Part shown: positions 1-10,738 of the stretch, in pieces | How positions within the stretch are numbered: the first letter of the stretch is position 1 | Layout: the number at the start of each line of letters is the position of its first letter | Assembly (NCBI GenBank): GCA_963711305.1 | Contig: CAVQDT010000009.1 | Location: forward strand, 2,155-66,154 | Length of the DNA stretch: 64,000 nucleotides | Direction: 5' to 3' | Source of the DNA: an uncultured Pseudomonadota bacterium | GTDB taxonomy: Bacteria; Myxococcota_A; Polyangia; Fen-1088 | The notes under the pieces: generated by a model | Told to the model about the DNA's origin: nothing | The model's database searches: none | The model's input: only the letters and a program-made list of their open reading frames with translations | Translations under genes and position numbers: made by a program

Positions 1-800
1 GGACGCGCGATGCGGATGCGGTGAGGAGGCTGTTCGTCGAGGCGCGCGCAACCTCGATGATCCGGCATCCCGGCATCGTCGAGATCTACGACTGCGACGT
101 GCATCGCAACGGGCGCGCGTACATCGTGATGGAGTACCTCGAAGGCGAGACGCTCGCCAAGCGCCTGGAGCGCACGGGCGCATTGCCGTGGCCGGTGGCG
201 TGTCGGATCGCCCGGCGCGTGTCCGATGCGATCAGCGCCGCGCACCGGGCCGGCGTGATCCACCGCGACGTGAAGCCCGACAACGTGCTCTTGCTCTCGC
301 ACAGCGCCTGGCCCGACGCCACCGAGGTCAAGGTGCTGGACTTCGGACTCGCGAAGTTGCTCGCCGGCAACTTCGTCGGGCTCGCCGGCACGGTGCAGGG
401 CAGCCTGGTGGGCTCGCCGACGTACATGTCGCCCGAGCAGTGTCGCGGTGAACCGATCGATCATCGCTGCGACATCTACTCACTGGGCTGCGTGTTGTTC
501 GAGCTCGTCGCGGGGCGTCCGCCATTCATCGACGATCGCGTGCGCGACGTGTTGCAGGCGCACACGGTGCGGCAACCGCCGCCGCTCGGCGCGCTGGTAT
601 CCGACGCGCCCGCCTGGCTCCCGCGGCTGGTGGCGCGCATGCTGGCCAAGGATCCCCGGCAGCGCCCGCGCTCCATGGATGAGGTGTCGCTGGATCTGAG
701 CGTCGTGGCGCTGGTGCCTCCAGTCACGGAGGATGCCATGCCCGCCCAGGAACCCACGCCCGCGTCCCCGTTCCGTGCGAGCGCCTCCGGCTCGCGCTGA
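1..800 (+). CDS. Ser/Thr protein kinase (Hanks type), 5' end outside window
   Basis: Frame of ORF 21..800 contains HRDVKPDNVLL (catalytic loop), DFGLAK (DFG) and SPEQ (APE-like). The frame stays open to the window edge. Stop at 798-800. Confidence 0.85.
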   Translation, partial: TRDADAVRRLFVEARATSMIRHPGIVEIYDCDVHRNGRAYIVMEYLEGETLAKRLERTGALPWPVACRIARRVSDAISAAHRAGVIHRDVKPDNVLLLSHSAWPDATEVKVLDFGLAKLLAGNFVGLAGTVQGSLVGSPTYMSPEQCRGEPIDHRCDIYSLGCVLFELVAGRPPFIDDRVRDVLQAHTVRQPPPLGALVSDAPAWLPRLVARMLAKDPRQRPRSMDEVSLDLSVVALVPPVTEDAMPAQEPTPASPFRASASGSR

Positions 801-893
801 CGGAATTTTTTTCACGTCGCGCTTTTTTTCGCACCTGCGGCCTTCCGCGAACGAAGTCTCGTTCGCACAAAGTGAAGGTGTCGACTCCTCCAA

Positions 894-1058
894 GTGACGG
901 TGACCGTGCAGTTCCAGCTCACCGGTCCCAGCGCGGGCATCACCGATCTCCCCGCGCGGCTCTTCGTCGCGCCGGTCGACAGCCAGGGAAACGCCGGCGC
1001 TGAACGCCCCGCCGCGGACGACGCCGGCATCGGCAACTTGCGCATCCGCTTGCTGTGA
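894..1058 (+). CDS. Possible small ORF (54 aa), unknown function
   Basis: GTG at 894 to TGA at 1056-1058. Third-codon positions are almost all G/C, as in real genes here. No clear Shine-Dalgarno and no recognisable motif. Too short for the ORF track. Confidence 0.25.
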   Translation: MTVTVQFQLTGPSAGITDLPARLFVAPVDSQGNAGAERPAADDAGIGNLRIRLL

Positions 1059-1079
1059 GCGCGGGATTCGCAGCCCTCG

Positions 1080-2267
1080 ATGTCGGCGGTGGCCTGTCGT
1101 AGACTCTGGGTGTACGTCAGCGCTGATTTTGCCTCTCACTTTCGAGTGCTCGTGATCGCCGCGGTGGTGGCGGCGACCGGAGAGGCGCGGGCGGCGGACG
1201 CACCGCCGCGGACGGGCGCTCAGGTCTGGAGCGCGGCCTGCGCCGCTTGCCACGGCGCGGACGGCGCCGGCCAGCCGCGCTCGGTCGTCGGCTTCGACGT
1301 ACCGCTGCCGGACCTGCGCGACTGCGCGTTCACGACGTCCGAAGCGACGGCCGACTGGTTCGCCGTGGTTCACCAGGGCGGCCCGGTGCGTGGACTGAAC
1401 CAGATGATGCCGGCTTTCGGCGGCGCGCTCACCGACCCAGAGATCACGCTCGCTGTCGAGTACCTGCGCGGCTTCTGTCGCGACCTGCCCGGCTGGCCGC
1501 TCGGCGAGCTCAACCTCCCGCTGCCGCTCTTCACCGAGAAGGCGTTCCCCGAGAACGAGGTCGTGCTGACCTCGACGATCGCCTTGCGCGGATCGGGCAG
1601 CGTCATGAACGAGGTGATCTACGAACAGCGGCTCGGCGCGCGCTCGATGTTCGAGGTGGGCGTGCCGTTCGGATTCGTGGACCTGACCGGCGCGTCGAGC
1701 GGGACGTCAGCCAGCGTGGCCACGGGCTGGACCGGCGGGCTCGGTGATCTGGGCTTCGCCGTCAAGCACGCGCTCGTGCAGAGCGCGCGCACCGGCAGCA
1801 TCCTCGCGGTCGGTCTCGACGTCTCGGTCCCGACGGGACGCGCGGACCGTGGTCTCGGCTCGGGCTTCACCATCGTCGATCCGTTCGTCGCCTACGGGCA
1901 GCTGCTTCCGGCGGGGGCGTTCGTCGAGGCGCACGCGGGGGCCGACATCCCCATCGACTCTGGCGATGCCAACACCGAATTGTTCTGGCGAGCAGCGCTC
2001 GGTTGGAGCCTGGCGTGGCATCGGTTCGGTCGCATGTACACACCGATGCTCGAGGTGCTGGGCGCGCGCGAGGTCGGCGCCAGCGACGCGGTCGTGACCT
2101 GGGATCTCGTTCCCGAGATGCAGGTGACGCTGAGCCGACGCAAGCACGTCCGGCTGGGCGCCGGCGCGCGCATTCCGGTCAACGACAGGACCGCCGATCG
2201 CCAGCTGCAGCTCGCCACCTATCTGCTCTGGGACTGGTACGAAGGGAGCCCGCTTGCGGGCTGGTAG
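1080..2267 (+). CDS. Monoheme cytochrome c domain fused to a predicted outer-membrane beta-barrel (MetA/transporter-like)
   Basis: Signal-like N-terminus (VLVIAAVVAATGEARA). One CAACH heme motif with a downstream MMPAF (likely Met ligand). About 270 aa of alternating beta-strand-like sequence ends in an aromatic residue (..PLAGW), as in outer-membrane proteins. Intact ORF. Confidence 0.6.
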   Translation: MSAVACRRLWVYVSADFASHFRVLVIAAVVAATGEARAADAPPRTGAQVWSAACAACHGADGAGQPRSVVGFDVPLPDLRDCAFTTSEATADWFAVVHQGGPVRGLNQMMPAFGGALTDPEITLAVEYLRGFCRDLPGWPLGELNLPLPLFTEKAFPENEVVLTSTIALRGSGSVMNEVIYEQRLGARSMFEVGVPFGFVDLTGASSGTSASVATGWTGGLGDLGFAVKHALVQSARTGSILAVGLDVSVPTGRADRGLGSGFTIVDPFVAYGQLLPAGAFVEAHAGADIPIDSGDANTELFWRAALGWSLAWHRFGRMYTPMLEVLGAREVGASDAVVTWDLVPEMQVTLSRRKHVRLGAGARIPVNDRTADRQLQLATYLLWDWYEGSPLAGW

Positions 2268-2271
2268 CGAC

Positions 2272-3973
2272 ATGCATCGCCGCCGACAACGGAACCTGGT
2301 ACCCGCGCTCGCGCTCTTCGTCGCGGCCGCGACGCTCGCGATCGCACCGTCGCGCGCCCGCTCGGCGCCGCCTCTGTTTGCCACATCGGATCGATGCCTC
2401 GCCTGCCACAACGGCATCACCACTCCATCGGGTGAAGACGTTTCCATCGGCTTCGCCTGGCGGGCGTCGATCATGGCCAACGCCGCTCGCGATCCCTACT
2501 GGCAAGCGGCGGTGCGGCGCGAGATCGCCGACCATCCCGACGCTTCGCCGCTCATTCAAGACGAGTGCGCCGCCTGCCACATGCCGATGGCGCGCTTCCA
2601 GGCGCACGTCGCTGGACAGAAGGGCGAGATCTTCTCTCACCTCGGCGGCGGCCCGCAGAAGGGCGCCGCCGATCCGCTCGCGATCGACGGTGTCTCGTGC
2701 TCGCTCTGTCATCAGCTGCAGAACGGCGGTCCCGGGCTCGAGCACGACGCCGAATTCCGGATCGACACCGCGCGACCGTGGGGTGAACGTCTGGTGCGCG
2801 GTCCCTACGACATCCCGGCTCCGCGCGCGCAGGTCATGCATTCGGCGACGGGGTTTCGGCCGGAGCGTGCCACGAACATGGAGGTCTCCGAGCTCTGCTC
2901 CACCTGCCACACGCTGTACACGACGTCGCTCGCGAGCACGGGCTCCGGCGGCGCGTCCAAGACCGGGGGGCGCTTCCCCGAGCAGGTTCCGTACCTGGAG
3001 TGGCGGGCCAGTGCCTATGCGCGCGAGAAGACCTGCCAGGCGTGCCACATGACGTTCACCGCCGAGCCCACGCCATCGGCGAGCGTGCTCGGCGAGCCGC
3101 GCGCGCGGTTCGCGCGCCACGGCTTCCAGGGTGCGAACTTCTTCATGCTGGCCATGCTGGAGCGCTTTCGTGCCGAGCTGGACGTCGCGGCGCTGCCGCA
3201 AGAGCTGAGCCTGTCGCGACAGCGGACGCTGGAGCTGTTGCATTCCGGCGCCGCCACGATCTCGATCCCGCGCGCGGAAATTCGCGCCGGCCGCCTCGAA
3301 GCCGAGGTCGTGGTCACCAACACCACGGGTCACAAGCTGCCGACGGCGTATCCGTCGCGTCGCGCCTGGCTCCGTTTCGTGAGTGAAGGACGGGGCGGGC
3401 CGAACGCTGTTCTCGTCGGGCGAGCTGCGCGCCGACGGCAGCATCCGGGGCAACGACAACGACGCCGACCCGCTGGCGTTCGAGCGGCACCATCGCGTGA
3501 TCGATTCGCCCGACGATGTCCAGATCTACGAGCCGATCCTCGCCGACGCGGGCGGGCGCGTGACCACTGGCCTGCTTTCCGCTGTCCGCTACGCCAAGGA
3601 CAATCGCCTGCTGCCACGCGGTTTCGACAAGGCGACCGCCGGCGACGACTACGCGGTGTACGGCGACGCGCGCGAGGATCCCGACTTCCAGGGCGGCGGC
3701 GATCGCATCGTCTTCCGGCCACTGCTACCGGCGGGCGCCAGCGGACCGTTCCGCGTCGAGGTCGATCTCCTCTATCAACCAATCGGCTTCCGCTGGGCGC
3801 ACAATCTCGCGCCTTACGGATCCATTGCAGAGCCCGCGCGCTTCGTCCGCTACTACGAGTCGATGTCCGCCGCGTCGGCGACCACGCTGGCAACGGCGCA
3901 CGCCAGCGTCCCGGCGAAGCGCTACCTTCTTCGGGGTCGCACGCCTTTTGGTCCGACAAACCGCCCAAGGTGA
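2272..3973 (+). CDS. Multiheme c-type cytochrome with 5 CXXCH motifs; one frame break near 3379-3390
   Basis: Motifs CLACH, CAACH, CSLCH, CSTCH, CQACH plus TGHKLPTAYPSRRAW. ATG 2272 lies 5 nt after the upstream stop and is followed by a signal peptide (LALFVAAATLAIAPSRARS). The protein continues in ORF 3383..3973 (KDGAGRTLFSSGEL...). Removing one G at 3388-3389 rejoins the frames. Confidence 0.8.
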
Positions 3974-4239
3974 AATTGGATCTGTGGGGCGTGAGGCCCA
4001 ACGGTGCCGGGGGCTGGTTCGTGACCGGGAACGAGCCGTGGTCCGACGGAGAACTGCACGTCGAATTGTCGGACGTCGACGCCAAGGGCAGCGGACGGCG
4101 ACTTGGTTGCTCGCCGCGCGGCGGCGGCTGGGCCATCACGCCGGCCGCCGCCGTCGCTCCTGACGCCTACTACCTGATCGTTGGCTACCCGACCCAGTTG
4201 GGCTCGTACGACTACTTCGTGGTCAAAGTCGCGCGCTAG
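3970..4239 (+). CDS. Possible small coupled ORF (89 aa), unknown function
   Basis: GTG 3970 overlaps the upstream TGA (GTGA). High GC3. Sequence VKLDLWGVRPNGAGGWFVTGNEPWSDGELHVEL...YDYFVVKVAR. It could instead be a frameshifted C-terminus of the cytochrome. Confidence 0.35.
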   Translation: MKLDLWGVRPNGAGGWFVTGNEPWSDGELHVELSDVDAKGSGRRLGCSPRGGGWAITPAAAVAPDAYYLIVGYPTQLGSYDYFVVKVAR

Positions 4240-4363
4240 CGTTGCGCTAGCGGCTCTGGTGAGCTTCGTGTGGTCTCGCTCGAGCCCGCGACCTCGGGTG
4301 TTGACCTCTCCGATCCGGTACCCACGATCAAGGCGTTCGATGTGATCGAGAGGAGGTAGAGCC

Positions 4364-4904
4364 ATGAAAACGTCGAGGTTCTGGGGGTATTTCTCCGAAG
4401 GTCGGGCTCGGCGCGGGCGTAGCGGTCGCGCTTGGTGGCGCTCCGATGGCGGCACACGCCGAGGACAACAAGCCCTCACCCGCGATCGAGGTCGGCAGCG
4501 AGGCGACGCAGAACGCGGCAAGAGCACGGGGAACGCGGCGGCAATGCGGCGGATAAGGCCTCGGGCGCGGCGGACCAGGCAGGCAGCGCCGCCTCGGGCG
4601 CGGCGACAAGGCCAGCGACGAAGCCTCGAGCGCGGCGGACCAGGCGGAAAGCACGTCCACGGGCGCAGCCGACAAGGCGGCCGGCACGACCGACGACTCG
4701 TCGATAACTGATGCGGTCAAGGGCAAGCTGGAAAAGGCGGGCACCGACACGAATGACATCAAGGTCGACACCGACAACGGCGTCGTGACGCTGTCGGGAA
4801 CGGTTCACCGGGAGTCGACCCGCACCAACGCGGCCAAGATGGCGAAGAAGGCCAAGGGCGTGAAGAGCGTGAAGGATCAGATCGAGGTCCTTCCTGCGAA
4901 ATAA
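4364..4904 (+). CDS. BON-domain (OsmY-like) secreted protein; several frame breaks
   Basis: SD GAGGAGG upstream of ATG 4364. The C-terminal reading DAVKGKLEKAGTDTNDIKVDTDNGVVTLSGTVHRESTRTNAAKMAKKAKGVKSVKDQIEVLPAK is a typical BON domain ending at TAA 4902-4904. The low-complexity AADKAS/AADQA repeats upstream lie in other frames. Confidence 0.65.
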
Positions 4905-4989
4905 GTAGTAACCGGAGCGCCTCGTGCACGAGGACGGCAACGAGGACGGGTATGGAAACGGGGCGCCGCGCCTATTCGGGCGCCCTAGC

Positions 4990-6746
4990 TCAGTGGCAGC
5001 CGATCTCGGTCGATCCGCTCGCGCACGCGTCGCAGGTGAACGCCGTGTCGACGTAGACCGGACGGCAGCGACGGCCCGCGGTTCACGGTGATCCGCTTGC
5101 CGGTGCCGCAGTTGGCGCTGTCGGCGGTCGCGGTCCAGCAAGGCGCGACGTTGTTGTCGTCGCTGCAGTTGGGCAACAGCGTCTGCGCCAGCGCGCTCCC
5201 GGCCGCGGTGGTCTGATCGATCACCCGGCACGCGGGCTGGCCGTTCGCTGCCGTCGGGACGGCGCCATCGGCGCACGAAGGCCGGAAGAGACCGCCCACG
5301 CGCGTGCCGAGCCGCTGCATCGCCGGGTCGAGGCTGTCGGCGCACAGCGACTCCACCGACCCGTTCGCGCCGAACGACGCGGCCCACTGGGAGATGCGCA
5401 CCGCGGGATCGGCGTAGTTGGCGTCGGTGACCGAGGTCGACGTACAGGAGTGCACGACGCTGGGATGAGGCTCGGTGTCGTTGCCCTGCTGGATCATCTC
5501 GACCGAGTAGGGCGTCGCCGGACCGGTGATCGCCTCGACGACGATCTGGCTCTGGTCGGTCTTCAGGCTCTTCAGGAACGCGATCTCGTCGCGCAGGTGG
5601 GTGAGCTTGCCGGTCGGGCCGTCGTTCGAGATGCAGTCTTGCAGAAGCGTGGCCGGCCCGCGCGCGGGCGATTGCCAGCTTCCGTTGATCTGGCACAGGT
5701 GACCGAATTCGTTGCAGCGCCACGACCACAGCGGTCCCAGCGGATCGCTCATCAGCGTCTGCGTCGGGTCGACCAGATCGGAGTCGTCGGGGATCGAGCA
5801 GTCGTCCTCGTTGGTGATCAGCACGACCACCAGGAATGCGTCCGAGCGCAAGAAGCCCTGGTTTCCGACCGGCAGGTTGGACGGGTCGAGCGCCCAGCGC
5901 ACGGACTTGAGCTGGCCTTCGAACCCGCAACCCTCCTGGCCGAGGGCTGCGATGCAAGCGAAGGCGTCACTGATGTCGCCGTCGTAGTTCTTGGTCTGCT
6001 GACCGTTCATTGCCTGCAGAAAGGTTTGACCGACGGGAAGGGGCGCCGTCGGTGCAGGGGGCGCGCGGCACGCTTTGAAATTGACCGCGGTCGCCACCCA
6101 GCGAACAGTGGTACGCGGGCAGATCGAACTTGCCCGGGCCGGTGTCGGACGAGATCACCGCGAGGTGCAGATCGGGCAATCCGCCCGGCAGCGCCTTGAG
6201 CACGCCCGCAAACGCCGGGAACGATGCGAGCGCTTTGTTCTGCAGCGTGAGCATCGACAACGAGTTGTCGATCATGAACAGGATGTCGACCTTGTGAAGC
6301 GGCGCCGGATTCAGCACCTGCCAGATGCTCGAGAGAACCGGTGGTCCGATGGTTCCCGTGAAACCGCCCTGGGCGGCGCCTCCCATGCCCATGCCGCCGA
6401 GACCGCTGACGCCGCCCGTACCGCCGGCGTCCATCGCGCCGCCGCTGCCCATGGCCCCCGCGCTGCCGCCGGTACCGAGACCGCCGCCGACACCGCTGGC
6501 GCCGCCCGAGCCGACCACGCCGCCCGCGCCGGTTTCACCGCCCGCGCCGTTGCTGCCGCCGGACCCCGCCAAGGTCCCGCCCGCGCCCCCACTTCCCGCC
6601 GGCGCGTCCGCCCCCGCGTCGGCGCGCGACCCGGTGGTGCCGGCGCTGCCCGTCGTGGTCTGCGTCGTCGGCGATGAACAGGCGGCGGCCCCGCCGAGCA
6701 GGCTCAAGAGAAGAAAGCGGCGCGTCGCCCCACGCGAGGGGAGCAT
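4990..6746 (-). CDS. Lipoprotein with Gly-rich linker and vWA-like domain (paralog 1); at least 2 frame breaks
   Basis: Lipobox LLSLLGGAAAC, a (GGxG)n linker, and DILFMIDNSLSM (MIDAS-like DxSxS). It continues in ORF 4985..6097. The true C-terminus VYVDTAFTCDACASGSTEIGCH* is in a third frame (stop 4990-4992) and matches the paralog C-terminus. Confidence 0.7.
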
Positions 6747-8350
6747 CAGTGGCACCCGATCTCGGTCGAGCCCACGCACGGGTCGCAGGTGAACGCGCTG
6801 TTGATGTAGCCCCCCGGGAACAACGAAGGGGGCGGTGGCGATCCGGGCCCGCGGTTCACGGTCACCCGCTTGCCCGCGCCGCAGCTCGTGGCGTCAGTGA
6901 CCGCCGTCCAGCAGGGCGCGACGTTGCCGTTGTCGCTGCAATTGGGCAGCAAGCTTTGCCCCACCGCGACCCCGCCCGCCGCCACGACCTGATCGATCAC
7001 CCGGCACGCAGGTTGGCCATTGGCGGCGAATGGCCCGGCCGCGCACGCCGGGCGGAAGAGATTGGCGACGCGATTGCCGATTCGCTGCATCGCCGGAGCC
7101 AGGCTGTCGGCGCAGATGGTCTCGGTCGACCCACTGGCGCCGAACGAGGCGGCCCACTGGGTGATCCGCACCGATGGGTCGCCATATTGGCCGCTGTTCT
7201 GCGTGCACGAGTGCACGATGTTGGGATGCTGCTCCGGGTCGACGCCCTGCTGGATCATCTCGACCGAGTAGGGCGTCGGCGGCGCGGTGATTGCTGCCGC
7301 CACGATATCGCCCTGATTTTGCTTCAGGGTCTTCAAGAACGTGATCTCGTCACCGAGCTTGGTGAGCTTGCCCGTGGGTGAGTCGTTGGAGACGCAGCCG
7401 ATGAGATTGGTCGACGCCGCGCGTGGCGGCGACACCTTCACCGTTCCGGCGCGCCGCACAGGTGACCAAACTCGTTGCAACGCCACGACCAGAGCGGCCC
7501 CAGCGGAGAGCTCATCGTCGTCTGGGTCGGATCGACCAGGTCGGAGTCGTCGGGGATCGAGCAGTCGTCCTCGTTGGTGAGCAGAACGACCGCCAGGTAT
7601 GCGTCGAAGCGCAGGAATCCGTCGTTTCCAGTGGGCACGTTCAAGGGATCCAGCGCCCACCGCACCGACTTCAGCTGGCCCTCGAACCCGCAGCCTTGAT
7701 CGCCGAGCGCCGCGATGCACGAGAACGCGTCGGCGATGTCGCCGGTGTAGTTCTTTGTTTGCTGGTTGTTGCTGGCCTGCAAGAAGGTTTGGTTCACCGC
7801 CATGAACGGGGACGCGGCGCAGAGCCCGCGCGGTTGGTTTTGAAACCGGCCGTTGTCGCCACGGAACGCGCAGTGGTACTGCGGCAGATCGTATTTCCCC
7901 GGCCCGGAGTCGGAGGAGACAACGCCGAGGTGCAGATCGGGAAGGCCGCCCGGCAGCGTCTTCAGCACGTTCGCGAAAGCCGGGAAGCCTGTCAGTAGTG
8001 CGGACTGCAGCGGCAGCATCGACTGCGAGTTGTCGACCATGAAAAGGATGTCGACCTTCTGAAACCCTTGCGCGTTCAGGATCTGCCAGGTGCTGGTGAG
8101 CAGCGGCGCTGGGGCCGGGGGCGTGACACCACCCGCGTCACCCGCGTCGGGGGCACCGCCCGGTGCCGACCGGCGAATCCGGGCTCGCGTCGGTCGTTTG
8201 CCCTGCCGCGCCGCCCATGCCCGGGTTGCCGCCGACGCCCGGATGCAGCCCCGCGGATGAACAGGCCACCGCGCCGCCGAGCAGGCTGATCAGGAAAAGG
8301 CGGCGGGTGGCGTCGCGCGAGGGAACCAGCAACAGTCGAGGTCGTGGCAT
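6746..8350 (-). CDS. Lipoprotein with vWA-like domain (paralog 2); at least 2 frame breaks
   Basis: MPRPRLLLVPSRDATRRLFLISLLGGAVAC lipobox at 8350. VDILFMVDNSQSM. Long blocks identical to paralog 1 (NEDDCSIPDDSDLVDPTQT, PLGPLWSWRCNEFGHLC, YSVEMIQQG). Its stop shares a TGATG junction with the paralog 1 start at 6746. Confidence 0.7.
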
Positions 8351-8588
8351 GAGATCGCTCCGGCTGTGTGTGAGGGGCGTCTCCGGGCGACCTGAACCAG
8401 CAGCGCGTCGGGGACCGGACCAGCCCGAGCAATCTTCGCGCCAAGCGCGGCGACCAGCAAATATCCGCAGAGACCTCGATCTGGCGGGGCGATCCAGTTG
8501 CTCTGCGCCGAGGCGATCGCGACACTTGTGTCGGATCGTCGACACGACGGCCTGACGGTCGACAGAAATGCGCGGGCGCGGGCCCGGG

Positions 8589-8885
8589 TCAGGGGGGCGG
8601 CAGGTTGGGCATGCGCGGGTCGATCGGATCGTGCGCCTTGGCGTTGATTCCGGTCGAACGCCGCGCGGTCGCCCGCGCGCCGCCGTCGGGAGTGGGGTGG
8701 ATGCCGGCTTCTCTCTGGCGCGCGGAGTGGTTCCCGCGCGGGCGCGCGTTTCCCTGCTTGACGCCCGGGATGTGCGCCGAGGCGCTCTGCTGCGCCTGGG
8801 CGCGGCCCACCCGGATGTTGGCGATCAGGCGCCCTGGTTTGCCCAAGAACTTGCGAATCAGGTCTCGCGATTCTTTGAGGATCAT
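8589..8885 (-). CDS. Small basic hypothetical protein (98 aa), last gene of the hydrogenase structural operon
   Basis: ATG 8885 is preceded by GAGGAG and lies 20 nt after the hhyL stop. High GC3. MILKESRDLIRKFLGKPGRL...AKAHDPIDPRMPNLPPP. No Cys and no known motif. Confidence 0.5.
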   Translation of the reverse strand: MILKESRDLIRKFLGKPGRLIANIRVGRAQAQQSASAHIPGVKQGNARPRGNHSARQREAGIHPTPDGGARATARRSTGINAKAHDPIDPRMPNLPPP

Positions 8886-8905
8886 GGCTTCTCCTCGCGC
8901 CGCGC

Positions 8906-10725
8906 TCAGCGTCCGTTGCCGAGCATCGGTGAGTGGTGTTGCTCGATGACCTTGCCGTCGCCGAGGTACATGTGGACGCCGCACGGCAGGCACGGATCGA
9001 AGCTGCGCACGGTGCGCATGATGTCGATGCCCTTGAAGTTCTCGGGGCCGTTCTCCTCGAAGATCGGCAGCCCCTGCACCGCGTCCTCGTAGGGACCGGG
9101 CGTGCCGCAGGTGTCGCGCGGGCTCGCGTTCCAGGGCGTCGGCGGGTAGGGGTGGTAGTTGGCGATCTTGCCGTCGCGGATCACGAGGTGGTGCGACAGC
9201 ACGCCGCGCACCGCCTCGTGGAAGCCGCAGCCGATCGCCTCGTCGGGCACCTCGAAGGGCTCGAAGACCTGCACGTCGCCGCCGCGCAGCCGCGCCAGCG
9301 CCTGCTCGACGAAGTACAGGCGCCATCGCCGCGGCGTACGCGATGAAGTAGGCGCGCGCGCGGTCGCGCTCGATGGTGTTGGCCCACTTCGGGATCTTCC
9401 ACTCGAGCTCCACCTCGCCCGAGCGTCACGGTCTTGGGCAGGTGGATCATCACGCTGTTGCCGGTCGCCTTGACGTAGCGCTGGTCGACGATGTCGGCGA
9501 GCGCCGTGGCCCACAGGCGCGCCAGCGGGCCGCCGCCGGTGTCGAGCGCCAGGTGCTTGCCGCTGCGCTTGTCGAACCAGCGCGGGCTCATCACCCAGCT
9601 GTACGGGCCGTTCTCGAGATTGCGCTTCTGCGGCTTCGGGATCGTCGTCTGGTTCCACGGGTGGCGCTGGTCGACCGGGTTGCCGAGCGGATCCTTGGTG
9701 ACGAACGTCTCCTCGCCCTCCCAGTCGTCGTAGTACGAGTTGCCGAGCAGGATGCGGATGCCGAGGTTGATCTCGACGAGGTCGGTGGTGACCAGCTCGC
9801 CGTCGACGACGACGCCCGGGGTCACGTACATCGCGCGGCCCCAGTCGGTCATGTTCTCGTAGCGTGTAGTCGACGACGTCGGGATTCTGGAACGAGCCCC
9901 AGCAGCCGAGCAGGATGCGGCGATCGCCGACCTGCTCGTAGCCGGGCAGCGCCTCGTAGAAGAAGTCGAAGAGGTCGTCGTTGAGCGGCACGACCTTCTT
10001 CGCGAAGTCGATGAACTTCATCAGCCGCACGAGGTAGTCGGTGAACAGCTGCGGCGTCGGCACCGTGCCCACGCCGCCCGGATAGAGCGTCGACGGGTGC
10101 ACGTGGCGCCCCTCCATCAGGCAGAACATCTCGCGCGTGAGGCGGCTCATCTGCAGCGCCTCGCGATAGATCGCGCCCGTGAACGGGTTGAACGACGCGC
10201 ATGATGTCGGCGATCGTTCGATAGCCGTGGATCGCGGCGTGCGGCGCCGGCGTCTCTCCGCCTTGGTCGAGCAGGCTCGGGTTGGTCTCCTTGACCATCT
10301 GCTCGCAGAAGTCGACGAAGACCAGGTTGTCCTGGAAGATCGAGTGGTCGAACATGTACTCGGCGGCCTCGCCGAGGTTGATGATCCACTCGGCGAGCGT
10401 CGGCGTCTTGATGCCGTAGGCCATGTTCTGCGCGTAGACCGAGCAGGTGGCGTGGTTGTCGCCGCAGATGCCGCAGATGCGGCTGGTGATGAAGTGCGCG
10501 TCGCGCGGATCCTTGCCGCGCATGAACACGCTGTAGCCGCGGAACATCGACGACGTGCTCTTGCACTCGACGACCTCGCGCTTGCTCGAAGTCGATCTTG
10601 GTGTAGATGCCGAGGTTGCCGACGATCCGGGTGATCGGATCCCAGGTCATCTCGACCAGGCGGCCGTTGGGCGCCACGCCGGCGCGGCCACCGGCGCCTC
10701 CGATCTCGTGAGACGACGTGGACAT
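8906..10725 (-). CDS. hhyL: [NiFe]-hydrogenase large subunit, group 1h/5 (high-affinity Hhy type); about 5 frame breaks
   Basis: N-terminal LVEMTWDPITRIVGNLGIYTKIDF, the L1 motif FITSRICGICGDNHATC and the L2/C-terminal motif RSFDPCLPCGVHMY. The pieces lie in ORFs 10147..10725, 9849..10547, 8906..10150, 9181..9852 and 8589..9413 and join colinearly. Confidence 0.9.
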
Positions 10726-10738
10726 CGGTCTCTCCCTT

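Noticed and set aside
2254-2271. TTG start at 2254 for the pentaheme cytochrome, as in the ORF track
   Set aside because: It would overlap the upstream gene by 14 nt. ATG 2272 lies 5 nt after the upstream stop and directly precedes a good signal peptide.
8351-8588. Short palindromes (GTGTCG..CGACAC, repeated TGTCG) between the hydrogenase operon end and the vWA operon start, as a possible operator
   Set aside because: The stems are only 5-6 bp in GC-rich DNA, and I know of no matching regulator motif. The support is too weak to call.
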